Origin: Klebsormidium nitens
Taxonomy: Eukaryota; Plantae; Klebsormidiophyceae
Assembly (NCBI GenBank): GCA_000708835.1
Contig: DF237042.1
Location: 146,771-210,770, forward strand
DNA length: 64,000 nt
Reading direction: 5' to 3'
How positions within the stretch are numbered: position 1 is the first letter of the stretch; every line of letters starts with the position of its first letter. The notes below the pieces were generated by a model. It saw only the letters and a list, made by a program, of their open reading frames with translations. It had not been told where the DNA came from and searched no databases. The position numbers were made by a program, and so were the translations under genes. This document shows, in pieces, positions 50,263-63,980 of this stretch.

Positions 50263-53074
50263 ATGGCCCCTAGGCTCCGCCCGCCACGCTTGCCGCCGCG
50301 CCGCAAAGTCATTCGATACACCTTGCTAGCCTTCGCAGCTGTCTCGCTCCTGAGAATCGTCACCATCGACGTGAGGCTCACCGCTGAGGGCGAGGATTTT
50401 GCTAGCAGAGTCTGGGCCTCATCAAAACCTGCGCCCATTCCAATTGAAACCCCTCTAAGCACCAACGCTCTCCCACCAACCAAGTCCGACACGGACTTCC
50501 CGAGCGTCAAAGAAAGCGCCCTTGTCGTGGGTTTGAACGAGGCCTTTGGGCAACGGCCTCGGAAGCAGTTGCCCGAGGAAGTCGCGGAGCAGGCCTGCCA
50601 AAACTGGTGGCGCGGATACTCTTCATACCACAAGACCGTTCTGAGCCACAACGGGTCTGCCGGGTGGCCCGCCCCCCGTTTGGCGGTCGTCAAAAAAGGG
50701 CGGGGAGTTTTGGGCGACGGGGGCGGGCTGGGGGACACAGTGTCAAGCCAGGTGTCGAGCCTTGTCTTTGCGATGCTGACGGGGCGGGTGTTCCAAGTGT
50801 ACTGGACGAAAGCCAGGTTTGTGCTCGAGAGCCCGTACATTGACACTCGATATACGGGACCAGAGGAGTACCTGGACCTGACGCCGGATAAGGAGGACGG
50901 CGGCCTGGCGCAAAGCGGGGACGGCGCGGCGCAGTCGTCGTGCGTGCAGATGCCATACCGGATCTGGGCAGGTAAGTATTCTCGTTTTGTTTCGGTTGGA
51001 TTCTGCTACGTGCCTGTGAAGAGCGGCGACAAGGCTGGAAAGGTCTTGCACCAGGCCTGTGCAAAGTGAGCTGGATCACTTTCGGGCCGCAGCGAACATT
51101 CGATCCAACATAATGCCACTTTGTGTTGGCAACCATTAGCTGAACCTTTCCAGGTTGAAAGCCAATCTCTAGTTTGGTTTGCAAAGCACTTGAAGGTTCA
51201 AAGGCCGACCTGTTGCTGAAAGTCGCACCGCGGAGGAAAAACCTCTTGAGCCGCCACTTTGATTTATTGACCAGCTTTTTGTGACCTCGTTTGTGACCCA
51301 CTGCGCTTCTGAACCTGACTGACTAGTGTCACGCCAATCAACTGGAGAAGCGACTTCAACCTGACTCACTACGTGCCGTTAGGAAGAACTGGAGAAGATT
51401 CTGCTTGATTCAAAAGCTGTTGTGCTTCTTCTCTCAGCTGACTGGTGGCTTGACGACGAGGTGAGGAAGACCGGCGACTTCGACCGGGGCAGATTGTCAC
51501 ACCAGATTGAGCTGCTGGACACCAACAAGGGGGTGCTCAGTTTCTGGTGGGACGAGCCGCGGGTCCGCGTACGGATGCTGGCAGCGGGGCTGGATCGTGA
51601 CACTCTCTACGGTTGCGCTCTCAACTTCCTCTTCAGGTAGGATAAGGTATGTGGGTTTTCGATCGAAGATTCCCCTGCGTGTTGAGAATCTGCTTTCGAA
51701 AACCTTTCCGACGGGCCCACAGGAAACGGTGGTGCGATTGTAGGTCGCACGATCGCGTTGAACAGATGAACCACCACAGAAGTGTCTCCATCAGCAATCA
51801 GTCGTTGCGATTCTCCCCGCAAAATTTCGTCAACGCCGGCCGCTTTCCCGGTCTTCCGACGAAAACGGTCCCTTCTCAAGATCCTAGCAGATGCTCTTGA
51901 TAGAGGCTAAGTAAGAGCTGAGCACGTCTTTGCACTTCAATCAGCCCCTATGGATCTCGACTTGGCAAATGTTGGAAGAAAACAGGCAGAAGCATCAAGG
52001 GTAGCAACGACTCTGCTTAAAACGGACATCCTTCGTAGCAAAGTTCCGAAGCCCAAATCGGACTTTTGCCTGCAGGCCCATTCCGAACTTGGCTTCCGTG
52101 ATGCTTCCGAAAGCGCAGATGCTGGTGGACGTAAACACTTTCAGTATCGGCATCCACGTTCGGACAGACTTCACAGACAGATCGATGAAGGGACTGGACG
52201 GGGAGAAAACCGTCCAGGAATATTGGGAGCCGTTTCAATGCGCCTTGGTAAGGAGCTGTTCCTGTCAAAACGCCAAACAGAATCCGGAGCTGCTTCTTAA
52301 CCGGTTGGCTCGACTGCCATCTTTTCCCTTGCAAACGCCTAGGTGCACTTCAGCAGTTACTGAGCAGCGCTCTGCGTGAAATGGGTCATGATGCAGGTTT
52401 GCATAGGTGCGTTTCAGGTCCGTCACACGTTGCCGAAGTCTGGGCAACGACTTTCAGCGCGCATCCCAATCGAATCTGGAAAACCTGCTGACAAATCCAG
52501 GAAACGAAACCAGTCGCCCGCTCCTGCTTCGTACCCTTTCTGATTTGTTCATTAGGTCCAGACCAAGGTTCTTGAAACAGTTTCGAAATAATCGGACACC
52601 AAGAACTGCGCCCAATTTCTGCAGGACATTGAGACGAGGTACGCGGAGCTGATAGGCGGGCGGCAGGTCCTGTGGCACGTGGCATCCGACTCGGACTCGC
52701 TGCGCCAGGATGCGCGCGCAGTGTATGGTCAAGGTCGTCGACACGTGTACGTCCTAGATGCGAAGCCGACAAACGCATACATCCAATCGAAGTCCGATAG
52801 CCAGCCTTGTAGTTACGAGTGGGACTGCTTAGATCCGGTTCCGATCAAGGCCCTCGAGGCGACTTTCGTAGAATGGTGGCTTTTCTCCTTGAACGATTTT
52901 TTCGTGATCACGGATTCCGGGATGTCGGCATCGTCGGTGGGGCGGTCGATGAAGAGAAACACTACGTACCACTTGAGTATAGACCAGGAGGAGAAGCGCG
53001 AGAAAGGTCAACCTGTCTGCTTAGGAGAGCCCACTGCATGGGCGCTAATTGAGGATCTGCGTGCGGGCATGTGA
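50263..53074 (+). CDS. Type II membrane fucosyltransferase-fold (GT-B; GT23/GT37/NodZ-like) glycosyltransferase; exons 50263-50971, 51438-51636, 52076-52247, 52625-53074
   Basis: TM YTLLAFAAVSLLRIV; GGLGDTVSSQVSSLVFAMLTGRVF; GCALNFLFR|P; IGIHVRT; LWHVASDS; EWWLFSLNDFFVITDSGMS. Motifs I-III of alpha-fucosyltransferase-fold enzymes; all junctions keep frame. Confidence 0.85.
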
Positions 53075-53340
53075 GCAAGTCTGCCATGGATGCAACGAAT
53101 CGGAAACGCTTGTTCGAAGTTTTGACCGTAAGTTATATTGAGCCCGAGCTTAGCTGCGGCTCGTTGGGCTTCGCACATGCTGCAGCCTTCTGATAGACCA
53201 AGACACCGCGACCCACCGCGCGGCTGCACCTTTTCCCATGAAGCTCATAAGCTGCATGTCAAGCCAGCCCGGCCCTTTATGCAGACGCTTTATTTGAAGA
53301 CCACATTAAAACCCGCGGCCTCGTCGAAGCCGGCCGGATA

Positions 53341-53890
53341 TGGCCCGCGATCTGCGGACTGGATCGAGGATTCAAAGCATAAGTTGGATTGATGCCATGG
53401 CATGTGCGTGACGGTATACGGGCTGCACCGGCCCCATGGCATGAAACCGACCTTAAGTGTATTATCCTAGATCGTTCGGTGCGATCCTTTGGGCCAGCTG
53501 GGGGCACTGGGAAATCAATCCGAATCGATGGCCCGGGCGCGATCACGAACGCACTGACGGGCTCTATCCACAATATCGCAGCAATCGATATGTGCAGCAA
53601 ATATTGCGCAGATGGTTTATGCGGCACATATTACAGCCATGCAACGTTGTCCAGAACTGCGCCGGAAGCGGGCGGCGGAACCCGATCATGCATGTAATTG
53701 TTTATGAGGGCGCCACGACGCCGTGGTGTTGCCTTTCAACGAACCATCGGACTAACAGGCTGATCGACTCAATGATTCCTATAGATGCATGCATAGTCAA
53801 CGGGTGCATGAAGCTACCCCGTGACGGCAATGTACACAGCAGTACGGACTCGAAACTAAGTATTCTTGCCAATACAATTCAGCATGCCGT
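53341..53890. other. CATG/GATC-dense intergenic island between the two convergent fucosyltransferase-like genes
   Basis: Hand count 10 CATG and 7 GATC in 550 bp. Confidence 0.6.
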
Positions 53891-54073
53891 ATATATGCTG
53901 AAACTTCACTCGGGCGTGCCGGCAGGGGCCGTTCGATAGCCATTCGCGTTCAACATTTGTGACGTTAACTCCCTGCATTGCTATATATATATATGAAATA
54001 GAAATACATTGTGGTTTGACGGTTCCACTTTCTCCTACTGAGCATTTTCTTTTTTGGCGCGTCTTTCTGCACA

Positions 54074-57000
54074 CTACAGCCCGCTCCAAGAAGTCGCAAG
54101 GTCCAGGATATGCGCCGGCCGCCATGGAACCAACTTCTCGCTCAAGGAGATGGTAAATATCTTGTCCATGTGTAAACCTCTAGCAACTGCGGTCGCCGAA
54201 AACCCGGACTGCGTAAGAAGATACATCTTGCACTTGGACAACAAGCTCCACTCTCTTGCGGTCATTTGGACGTCCGACAGACGGCTCACGCCTAACAAGC
54301 CGGTGTGAACGGGCCGCACGGGCGTCGTGATTACCTGGAAAGGAAGAAGACTTCATGTCAAACGCGCGAGTTGAAAGTAATATGAGCAGGAATTACTAGC
54401 AGAAAATGGGAGGCGCTACAAGGCGTGGGCTCCAATTACGCTTCCCCTTTCCGCACCTTCCGCTTTGTTAGTCCAGTGTTTTTAGCGGGGGACGGGCCGG
54501 GGACCTATTTGCTCCAAGTTAGAACAATCTTTCGGACCAGAAGAAGAAGCGTCTTTGAGCCTCAAACCAAGAACGTAAAACGACGAGTCTTCTCGTTGCT
54601 GAAGCTTCTCTTCGAGCTGAAGCATTATACACGTTGGTAGCGTGATGTTCAGGAGATTGGTTCATGCAGGATATGAAAGAACTTACGAGGACGGAGGATT
54701 GCTAGAGGGAGCTGATGCTTGATGTACAAACAAGAAAACATTTTCACTGTGAGGCGCGCACAGAAAGTGGCTCGGCTCCACTGGCACTAATCAAACACGA
54801 GTGGTTTCCAATCTTACATTCTTGTATCTTGCGGCTGCTATCTCCTTCAAATGGTTCGAGCTGCTGAAGAAGAAGACGTTGGTGGAAGAACACGCCTCCG
54901 TTTGCCAATATTTCTCAAGGATCTGCAAAAGTCAGGCAAACAGTTTAGTAAGCCGACATATCGACGTTCGTTGAATATAACACCCTTCATTACAAAACCA
55001 CTAAAGTCGTTTCGAACAGAAAGGAAGCAATCAAGAGCGCCTCCCCGAAATGATGGGAGCCTTTTACTGAGGTACGCGTGCAACTTATCACTTGCGTGGC
55101 TATGAGTTCACAGGAATCGAAACAAGCGAATCAAGAGCAGTTGGCCACGGCCCCTCGAAGCGCCAACCTTTCTATGCCCCAAGCTTTCGCTGCAGGGAAA
55201 CTGCACGCTTGTACTTCCTTCTCGTACTCTGGGGGCACGGCTGTGGCCAGGCTTTCACAATTTGTTGTGTGGATTTTGTCACGTCGTTGTACTTCTGATT
55301 CCACTTCTGAAAAGGGCAGACTGCCTGATGAACGTAGAAACCATAGCCTCTCAGAAAGCAACGAGCCGTCCTTATTGACGTCAGCTAGTGCCCTTACCTC
55401 GACGGACTCCATGATTGCATCAACCAGGCTCTCGTGTTCTGAGTCCTTGTACAAGGATTGGTTCGCGTGTATCTCCTCGTCTCCCAGCCGCACGTGTACA
55501 CAAATGCTGAGGGCATCCTGAGACTCGATCTGATCGCCAAGCGCAACGAAATCTAGGGCTGTTGGCATGGGGTTCGCCCTGCAAAATGAGAAGAATACGC
55601 CTTTGAATCAGACGGACACATCTGCGCCTCCTCAAGGGCTGTTCCGCACCCGTGAACCGGAACGGAACCAGGCCGGGCAAGCTGAACACCGAGCTTCCCG
55701 AGCGCGCTTATTGCACAAGAGAAGGGCGCGCAAGCATACGCGTTTCGGCAGATCGAAGGCCACAACTCCCTATTCGGATATTCCCGCCAGAAGAAAATCT
55801 TCTGGAGTTATTGTCCCGTTGCGAGGGCCTGCGTCAGCCGCATGTCAGGACTACTCTCGTGCCAAGATTCACCTCCAGACCGGAGGGGCGCCGGAGGGAA
55901 CACTGGTATTGCGCAACAACCCCAACCAGAAGCTTCACTTGCTGGCAAAACATGATATTGGCATTCCACCGGCATCTCGCCGCGCAAGAAGGCTTGAAAG
56001 AAGCAACTGATGCAACGAGACGCTAACTGGTAGTGAACAACCCAAAACACGAGCAGCCTCAAAATCTCCGGGTCTCAAACTGGAAAGCTTGTCTTCGACG
56101 TGAAGTCAACCCTGGCTCTTTCCGCTCCTCTCTCTTCATCCACAGCGAAATGGTAGGAGCATCGCGGGCAAGCAGATGGATCAGGCGAACAGGTCAGCAA
56201 CTTTTAAGTGCCACACTGCGCCTCAAAACCAGCAAAAGCTTGAGCTACCAGAGAACTCACCAAAGAAGGAACCTGTTCAGACATCCCCAGGCTTGAGACA
56301 CCTGGACCCCCAACGTGGACTGGAGTCCTGCATCCGCTAGCAACCACGGTACCACGTACCCTTTGTTTTGTCTCACTACTACAATCTTCGCTCCAGCGGT
56401 TTGTACGTCCAGATCCTCAATTGAGGGTATGCTCCCTCGACCAAAGTAATCGATTAAGACCACGTCCCTGCAGGTCAGGAAAGCTTAGTCAAGTGGACTT
56501 AGTGTGCTTCTTTGGGCTTCGACCCGAGTCTCCATTCTCTCAAAGCCGGCAGAAAAAAGAGAATGGCAACGAAAACATAACAGTGTGCTTGGCTTTGCTT
56601 GGCGGCAGCATGCGCGCGTTGCGCATAATTGTTCGAAAGTTGGGTGGGAGGGAGACCTTGATTGCAGTTCAGGCAGACCTCCAATCAGACTTCCGATCGG
56701 ATCCTTGGAAGGATGCCTCTTCTCAAGCTTTTCTATGAGGAGCACCTTTGTAAACTGTTTGCCAGCTCCTCAAGCTTAGTACAATGAAAGCGGTCATCTT
56801 TCCTTTGAGCTGAAACCATACCAAACATTTCTGACCGCAGGCTTGACAGAGGCGGAAAGTTCAGGTATGATGTCAAAGAGAGAGGTGTGCAGCTGATATG
56901 CTAGCTTGGTCAATCTCCAAGCTCCAAGATTCCCTTGGCAAAGCCCTTACTCACCTTCCATGACGTTCTACGGTCGCATCGCCTGAGGCGTCGCGGCCTT

Positions 57001-58329
57001 CTGTAAGGTCGGCCACGAACTGGGGCAGCACGAAGCCCTTAGGGAGCTTCCAGTTGATCTCTCCGGGTAGAAACGAAGACTCGTATTTTGGCCAAGATAG
57101 AAACAGCGCCCTTTTTGAGAGAATCGCGTATAGGAACGCGCTTGTGGCACCCAAAAGGGTGTCTCCCATACCGCCGCAATCAAGGCCATCGCTGCATAGA
57201 AAAGGGTCTTGGGAGTTTGCGTTCTAATGCCTAAGGATCGGACTCTGGATTATACGAGACCGCTCAGAGCAGGAGATTTGATGCTCCTTTCAATCCTTTA
57301 ATGTTGAAGCTCGGACGAGACCAATCCCTACATCCAACCTTGTTCCAGAATCTGCAAGAGAATCTGGCAGGTCTCCTTCGTTTCAGAAGAGAGTCTTCTG
57401 TGGACATAGTTTGCCAAGTTGGGACCTACACAAGACCTTGCCCTACTGATTGAAACTTTTCAAGAGCACCGTATGAAGAACACTCACCTCTCTCTGTCAC
57501 AAACAAAGATCAGTATATTGGGGAACGCGTCTTCAGGGATTTTCTTTCGCCAATCAGGAAGAGGCGTCCCGGTTACACCGTCTTGCAGACCTTTCTCTAT
57601 CACTCCAGTCAATTGTTGCCTTTGAAGCTGATGCCGAGCGGTGTAATCATTTTGCCAGTTGCCGCAAAAATTATCCAGATGAACGTGACTGAGATCAACC
57701 TGAGGATCTCCGCAGGCCCCCTGAACCTTCGAAAGCTTTGAACCAGTGGCTCTGTCTTTGGAATTAATCCTGCAAAGAACATTCTGCAGCTTCAAGAAGC
57801 ATGACATCCATTTTAAAACTCAAAAGATTGCAGCAATCTGCAATAAAGCTTAGGTCTCCGGACAGCAACTTATTATTGACAGCACACAAGTCGGAAGCAA
57901 CAGCTGAGAGCACTAAAGGTTGTTCAATGTCAAAAGTAAACAATATGGTAACTCGCTGAGCCAGACTCCACTGGTTTTGTTAGGGCGAATGCGTCTTTCA
58001 CTGTCTCAAGCTTGAGACCTGGACGCCACCTTGCAAGACATAAAAAACTCTTCCACCAAGCTGCCTACAATCAGATGCTAGGGGTTACACTTTCGTCTGG
58101 CAGACGTAGCTTGTTTAGCAATCAATGTTTTGGCTGCCAAGATGAAGAGATTATACACAAAAGAATGTAAAGATGCTTACCAGTAAAACACCCCCCATGA
58201 GGTAGAGTTTTCCGTTGCGCTGTATATTATTATACACAGAAGAATGATCAGGACTATCATCAGAAGCCTCTGAGTGTTCACCATAGGTTGGGCCAAGGGG
58301 CTGCCCATGCGGCGGTTCGATGTGCCCAT
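54074..58329 (-). CDS. Second fucosyltransferase-fold glycosyltransferase, a paralogue of the 50263-53074 gene; start at 58329 or 58284
   Basis: TM RLLMIVLIILLCIIIYS; FCGNWQNDY; CGGMGDTLLGATSAFLYAILSKRALFLSW; GCLNRFLLW; ICVHVRLGD; VFFFSSSNHLKEIAAARY; EWSLLSKCKMYLLTQSGFSATAVARG; ends WSGL* at 54074. Confidence 0.8.
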
Positions 58330-59060
58330 CCTGTAAAAGATGCTTGCACAGTATTCACTAGTATATCAATGCAGCCACACTTAGACCAAGTCAACAGGGT
58401 GACAATAATTGCTGCATATTTGCAAAGAGCAAAACTCGTTGCCACTTGCATCGCCCCTCTCTGCTTTTAACGAGCACAACAATACGGTGGTGCTCGTCTG
58501 CCTATGTGTAACGTGGCCCGATGACGGCCAATGACTGATGCTAAGGAGTTCCAAACAGATTGTCATGACAACAACCCAAAAAAGCTGCTTGAGCTGGATC
58601 CGGCCATCAAGGAAGGAAAGGGCCAAAAACAACGTCCTTGGACACCATAAGTACTGGAATTTGCCAGCAATCAAAAAGTTCACTTTTCAGACACAGCATT
58701 CAAGGCACAGGGCCTGTACGAAGGGAAGCAGCTCACAATGAAACTGTATTAACTGCGTGCCTCTGTGCTTCTGGACTAGACACTCACTTGACGTCAGGTC
58801 GCGAGAATCCAATGGGAAGGGTCACATTCTGAGAGTCTCTGTGGTGCTTATCGGAGCTTGCGAACCAGATCAGCTGGGATGCAGCTTTCATAATTGGCAC
58901 TCAAAAAGCACGTTGAACTGATTCTTACATTTCTTTTTCTAGTCAGAGATTCCGCTGATACATGATAAGCCAACGGCCCAACATAACATCAATTGGCAAT
59001 GCTTTATAAGGGAAGGTCACACATGTAGTCTAACCTCTCTTCAGCTCAAGGGGAGCTCAA

Positions 59061-59090
59061 GGCTCACAGGCTCACAGGCTCACAGGCTCA
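59061..59090. repeat. (GGCTCACA)n microsatellite, ~3.75 copies
   Basis: ggctcacaggctcacaggctcacaggctca. Confidence 0.9.
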
Positions 59091-62054
59091 GCGGATTCTT
59101 GGCCGGTGCTTCAACCTTGTGCGATCGACCATACTACTACTGCGTAGCTGCAATGTTTTTCAGCCTGAGCTTCTCGCAGAATAATTCTTTTCAGAAGGCA
59201 GCGCGATCTGAGCCATGGACAGCCTGAGAGTACCTGCTTACCCGGCAGCCACCGTGACGCTAGCTGACTGTGGCGCCGGCGGCAGGCGCCATGCCCGTCA
59301 ACTTCAAGTTCAAGCCAGAATTTGTGACGGCGGTGCTCTGAATCAGTTTGTACTCAGATTGCCTACCGATTTACCGTACAGGCTATAGCCTTATAGGTAC
59401 CGGTAACTGTACCGGTTCACTCAGCATTGGTACTGTAATTGATGACGTCAGCCCACGGCTGTGCAGTGTGCTCATGGCTGTTTAATCGGGAACTGCCAAC
59501 TGGCGGCTCGTCCGGGCCTCCGAGTCCGAGTCCGACCAAGAGCTCGTAATGATTGGGCGCATTTCACGCCGAGGCGGTTCGTACGCCGTCGGCGGCCGCG
59601 CCCCAAGCAGGCGGCCGCGCCCGGGTGCGGCCTGGCTGGGAGAGGCGGTCACTCCTCCAAAAGGTGGATATAGCCGCGTCTGCCCTTGTAATTTTAGGAC
59701 CCTAAGCTAAAACGCCGCCAGTCTTTCAGAGCCCAGAGAGCCCCCTATTCTAAAACACACTACGTCTTTTGTGGGCCCCTATTCTTAGAACATATGGTGT
59801 GTTGTTGGAGCCATAATACCCCAACTTTCTTTCTGAGCTCGTTCCTCCGATCTTTCTCGAGCTTTGTGCATTTGCTGCTCCGTTTTCATCGGGGTATCGG
59901 GGATTCTGGCTTCTCTCATTCAGCAAGTAGAGCAGCCAGTGAAAAGCGAAGAGACAGAGCTCGGGAGTCTCGTTCCAGGCCCCGTATCATGGCATAAAAC
60001 CTGGCATGCATTTTCCGACCCCTTTTCCTAAAACCCGGGTTTTATCTCGGCCGCATTTCTCACTCCCTTTGGTCGACGCGGGTCCCTTCCACATAAGCTA
60101 TCCTCGAAGGGAGAGTGACCGCCTCTCCCCTGGCTGGCGCCCGCCGGGCGGCCTCGGATGAAGATGCGACACCATTCGCCAAACCAGGACTCGTCGCTCA
60201 AAGTCGTGAATCCTTCAGAGCAGTCGTATGACAGGCAAACATATATATCAGCGCTCTATCAGGATGTAGGGTCATGTGCCTGAGCCACAAAAGAGCCAGC
60301 AGCGCGCTAGCAAGACTAGACTGATCTACCAGTGTCACCAGACGTGCACGTATGGCCAAAGGTATCTCCCTAAAAGTATGATGCATACAGTGGATGACAT
60401 GCAAGACAATGCGCCATGAGTTTTGGAGTGAGGTCAAGTGGACGATCGGGCACCCTTTCAATTGCAGGTGGTCGTCGTCGGACGCGAACGGATCATGCAC
60501 GGTGCCTTTGTCCGATTTATCATCGGCATGCTGAGATTCTCCCCGTGAGGCTGTGCGAAGCATTGGGTAGTAACATGGAACACCGGAAATGGCTGGCTTG
60601 TAAAAGGTTTTGAGGTGCCCACTAGTGTACATGTATGAGCTAGCAACTTCATCATGCAAGAGGTTGCCGTATTAGAAGGGCGGTCTCAGCCAGTCCGCAT
60701 AAGTTCGAAATCGAAGCTGACCCGAATCCTATGTTTCAGCTGGCTAGCTCTTTCCGCAAAATGCAACTCCAAACGGTCAGACGCAACAGTCCCCCCGCTG
60801 CGGGCTCACTAAGTCTATCCTTTTCCGGGAATATCGTTGGACGTCAACATATTTTTCTGACAAGCTGATTCATTATTATTCCATCTTGGCTACTAGTTTA
60901 AGCTAATGTCTCGACCATGGCCGACAGCTGCTCTTGCGTGCACCGTTACGCTACCACGTGAAGGAACAAACCGGGTCCCCATTGCGTAATTGTATCGTGC
61001 AGGGTCCGCTCAATCCATGCAGGAAAAGATTAGTACACGTAGATCTAGTCAAGCGAAGACAAATCACCGACTTTGGGTCAAACTCAATCCAGAGGAGTGC
61101 TAACCACCAGAAGCTTCTGAGATACGCATCAGAATGTCTCGAAAGCGGCTCGACGTTGATGGTCTCACGGTTCTAGAGTCTGAAAGGGTCTGAGCAGTTT
61201 TGTCGGTCCAATCCGCTGTAGTTCCTTTAAGAGCTTCTAAACACCTACGTCCTGAGAGCTCGACCAGGTTCGACGAGTCTGAGGATGTCTCACCTCTCTC
61301 TCACGGTCTCCAAAAGGTTTTTGCAGGTCAATAATATTAGACGTACCATAATTTTCTGATTTCGATCAGACAGCGGATGTCTCGAGGGGACTGCAGCCCA
61401 CATCAAACGCTCAACTTTCTCTGCGAAGAATTCTCGGTGCATCTTTGATCGGCGGCTGGTGACTCATCGATGTCGCGGGGAGCAGCTGCAGCGCGATGGG
61501 GTCCCGCGAGAGCACCTGACACGTAGCAGACAAAGATCGGCGACATGGTTTTAGCGGTTCAAAGAGAGCGGAAGCATGACAGAGCTTCTGGGTAGAACGA
61601 GAGCGGGCGAGACCTCAGGGAGGATAGCTGTGATGATTGAACTGAGTCAGCCAGCCGGCCCGGCCCGCCGCTCGCGTGCACGCGCCCGGTCGCGCGCCCT
61701 AGCAGCCGCCAGCCGCGCGGCGGGGTCGTGCACTTGCCTGCCGATGCAACCCGTGACGCGGGCATTCTTTATATGTTGACGGCTAAAAACCGGTACGTTG
61801 TAAAGCAGATCGAAGATAGTGTCGATTCATGGCAGCGTAAGCCCAATACAATCCGAGATGGAAAGAGACCGTTCGATCGAAAGTAATTGCGAGATACTGA
61901 CGGTCATATGCAGGCAATCATGAATTGATGGATCCGGGAATGGTATTGCGGCGCCGTCTCAATAATATTTTCAGGACCGATCCGGCTGCCAGCTTATATT
62001 GACAGCCAACGATACTGAATCATAACCAATCCGGACTTGTGAGCCTAACGTAAA

Positions 62055-63980
62055 TCACCGGCAGCGGAGGACGCCCAGAGGACCAGTCCAGCTTTTCCGG
62101 TAGTCAGCTTTGTAGACGAAGTTAGTGGGCAACTGCTTCAGTAACGTGAGGCGCTGGTAAAGCTCATTTGAAGCTGCACAATGCTTCCCATCACGACACA
62201 TCATAAGAACGAGAGTCGGTGGCTGTCTACAGCTGTACTGCGCGGCCAATCGCAAACGGAGTCGGCGCGTTTTACGTTTGGCGACCAATCTAAAGACAAG
62301 GGGCCAGGGGTGCTCGCGGCCGCACGCGCCGTCCGGGCGCAGGCTCTGGCACTGACGGTCCCATGAATAGGGCCGACCGTGCAAGTAGAGCTCGAAACAG
62401 CAGTTGATCATGGCCCAACCAGTGTCGAGCGGCAAAAGTATCCCGTATGCAAGAACTCGGCTGACTTCAGCAGCGCTGCGTCGCGACAGACGGTGTGCTT
62501 GAATCAACACAGGCAATGTGACTCATGCATCATGGTCTCCAAGCGCTCCTGCGAAGATAAATACGGAAAACTCAAGGGCTGCAGAACGGATAAGGACTCG
62601 ACAAACCATGTGTCCCAGAGCTTGGGCTATCATCTCAAGAATCATAAGTTCGCACTTGTTCAGAAAGTTCCTCGCTTCTCGCGGCTCCATACTTTAAGGA
62701 GCCCAGTACATATCGATTGACGTTAGAAAAGCCCCAGAACCTGAGCGTGCCAGGCAGTGAAACAGTGGGGGTAATTGGTACGGGTTCTGGCACCTACTGC
62801 ACGTGCATCACTGACCGCTATCTACACGGAAGCTCTCAGCAAAGGAAAGTTGCCTCGACTAAGTTAGCCCTATACGTCAGATCAGACCGCAACAAACTCT
62901 CAGTCGTGGTCCAGCCGTGGCTTCATCAAAGCTAAGGTGAAGCATGAAAACATTCCCCAGAGCAAATGGAAACGAGATGTCATGGCCATGTGGTGGGCGA
63001 GCTTTTCACCAGTAAGACGCTAGTTCCTCCGTCAGACAAACAACACGCAGCCAGGGTGCCGGCCGAGATGCGGTTGCATTTTGGGCGGGACGCTAATCCC
63101 GAGGGGTGGCGCGCGCACATCCCCCGTTGGCCACGTGGCAAAATATTTAAGCACCGGGCCCGCCTGCTGCTGAATGTACTTTGACTTGAGAGCCCATGTT
63201 CGTAAAAGTCACCTCTGTAGTACACACGTCCTACTTGGACCTTTCGTGAAGTTTGCGCATTCCTAACCTAAAACTTTTATCCTGAGCCATTAACCGGTTA
63301 CAAGTAACTTGTGCCCAACGGCCCGCAATATGTGGCTCCGCACAGACACCTGCAAACCCCGATAAGGAAGCAAATGGGCAACCTCAAGGGTGCAGCCTTC
63401 ATGCAAAGCCACTTTTTCATCGTAAACTTGCCAAGCGTTTGCGCGACATGCACCAAAGATAGATCGTAACGAGTTGACTGACGAAGAGAAGCTGCTTCGC
63501 GTGAAAACCGTATCCACCCGCCAGTACGTTTATGTTGTACGTACGCGAATGAAAGTGGATCAGGCGGGCTCTCCGTGTCCTCCTTCCGAATGAGCAATGA
63601 CGGGGAGAATGGAGAAAATGGCAAAGATGCTATGCATACTTTAACGGTGGACTCTGACGTCAATTTAAATTTTTCGATGTGATCACTTTGAAGTGCCGTT
63701 AACCGGGATGAAAAAGAGCTTTAGGTACGGAACCTCCAGGCAACCGGAAGCAAGATATTTGGAACACGCCTTGGGAGACAGAGTAAGGCCCTACATAAAT
63801 ACATGCGTATCTGTTTAGCCTTCTGCCTTAGGAATGTAAAACGCGAACGTGAGGCATCAAAAGCGCTAGCAGATTAAATCAGCACGATGCAATTTGAAGG
63901 AAATCACTTCCTTGTTTCGGGATCTCCCTGGTGGCGTCATCTTGACTCACGTAGATACACCCATTGCATGGGAACTAACT
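62055..63980 (-). CDS. Possible unidentified multi-exon gene, probably continuing beyond the window end
   Basis: Acceptor-bounded open segments AAEVSRVLAYGILLPLDTGWAMINCCFELYLHGRPYSWD and ASNELYQRLTLLKQLPTNFVYKADY...CR* (62055); strong donor gtgagt near 63945; no family recognised. Confidence 0.3.

Noticed and set aside
50250-51301. 198-aa and 203-aa minus-strand ORFs
   Set aside because: Antisense to fucosyltransferase-like exon 1; no motifs.
60198-60659. 153-aa minus-strand ORF
   Set aside because: No recognisable motif or supporting exon chain; lies in a CATG-rich tract.
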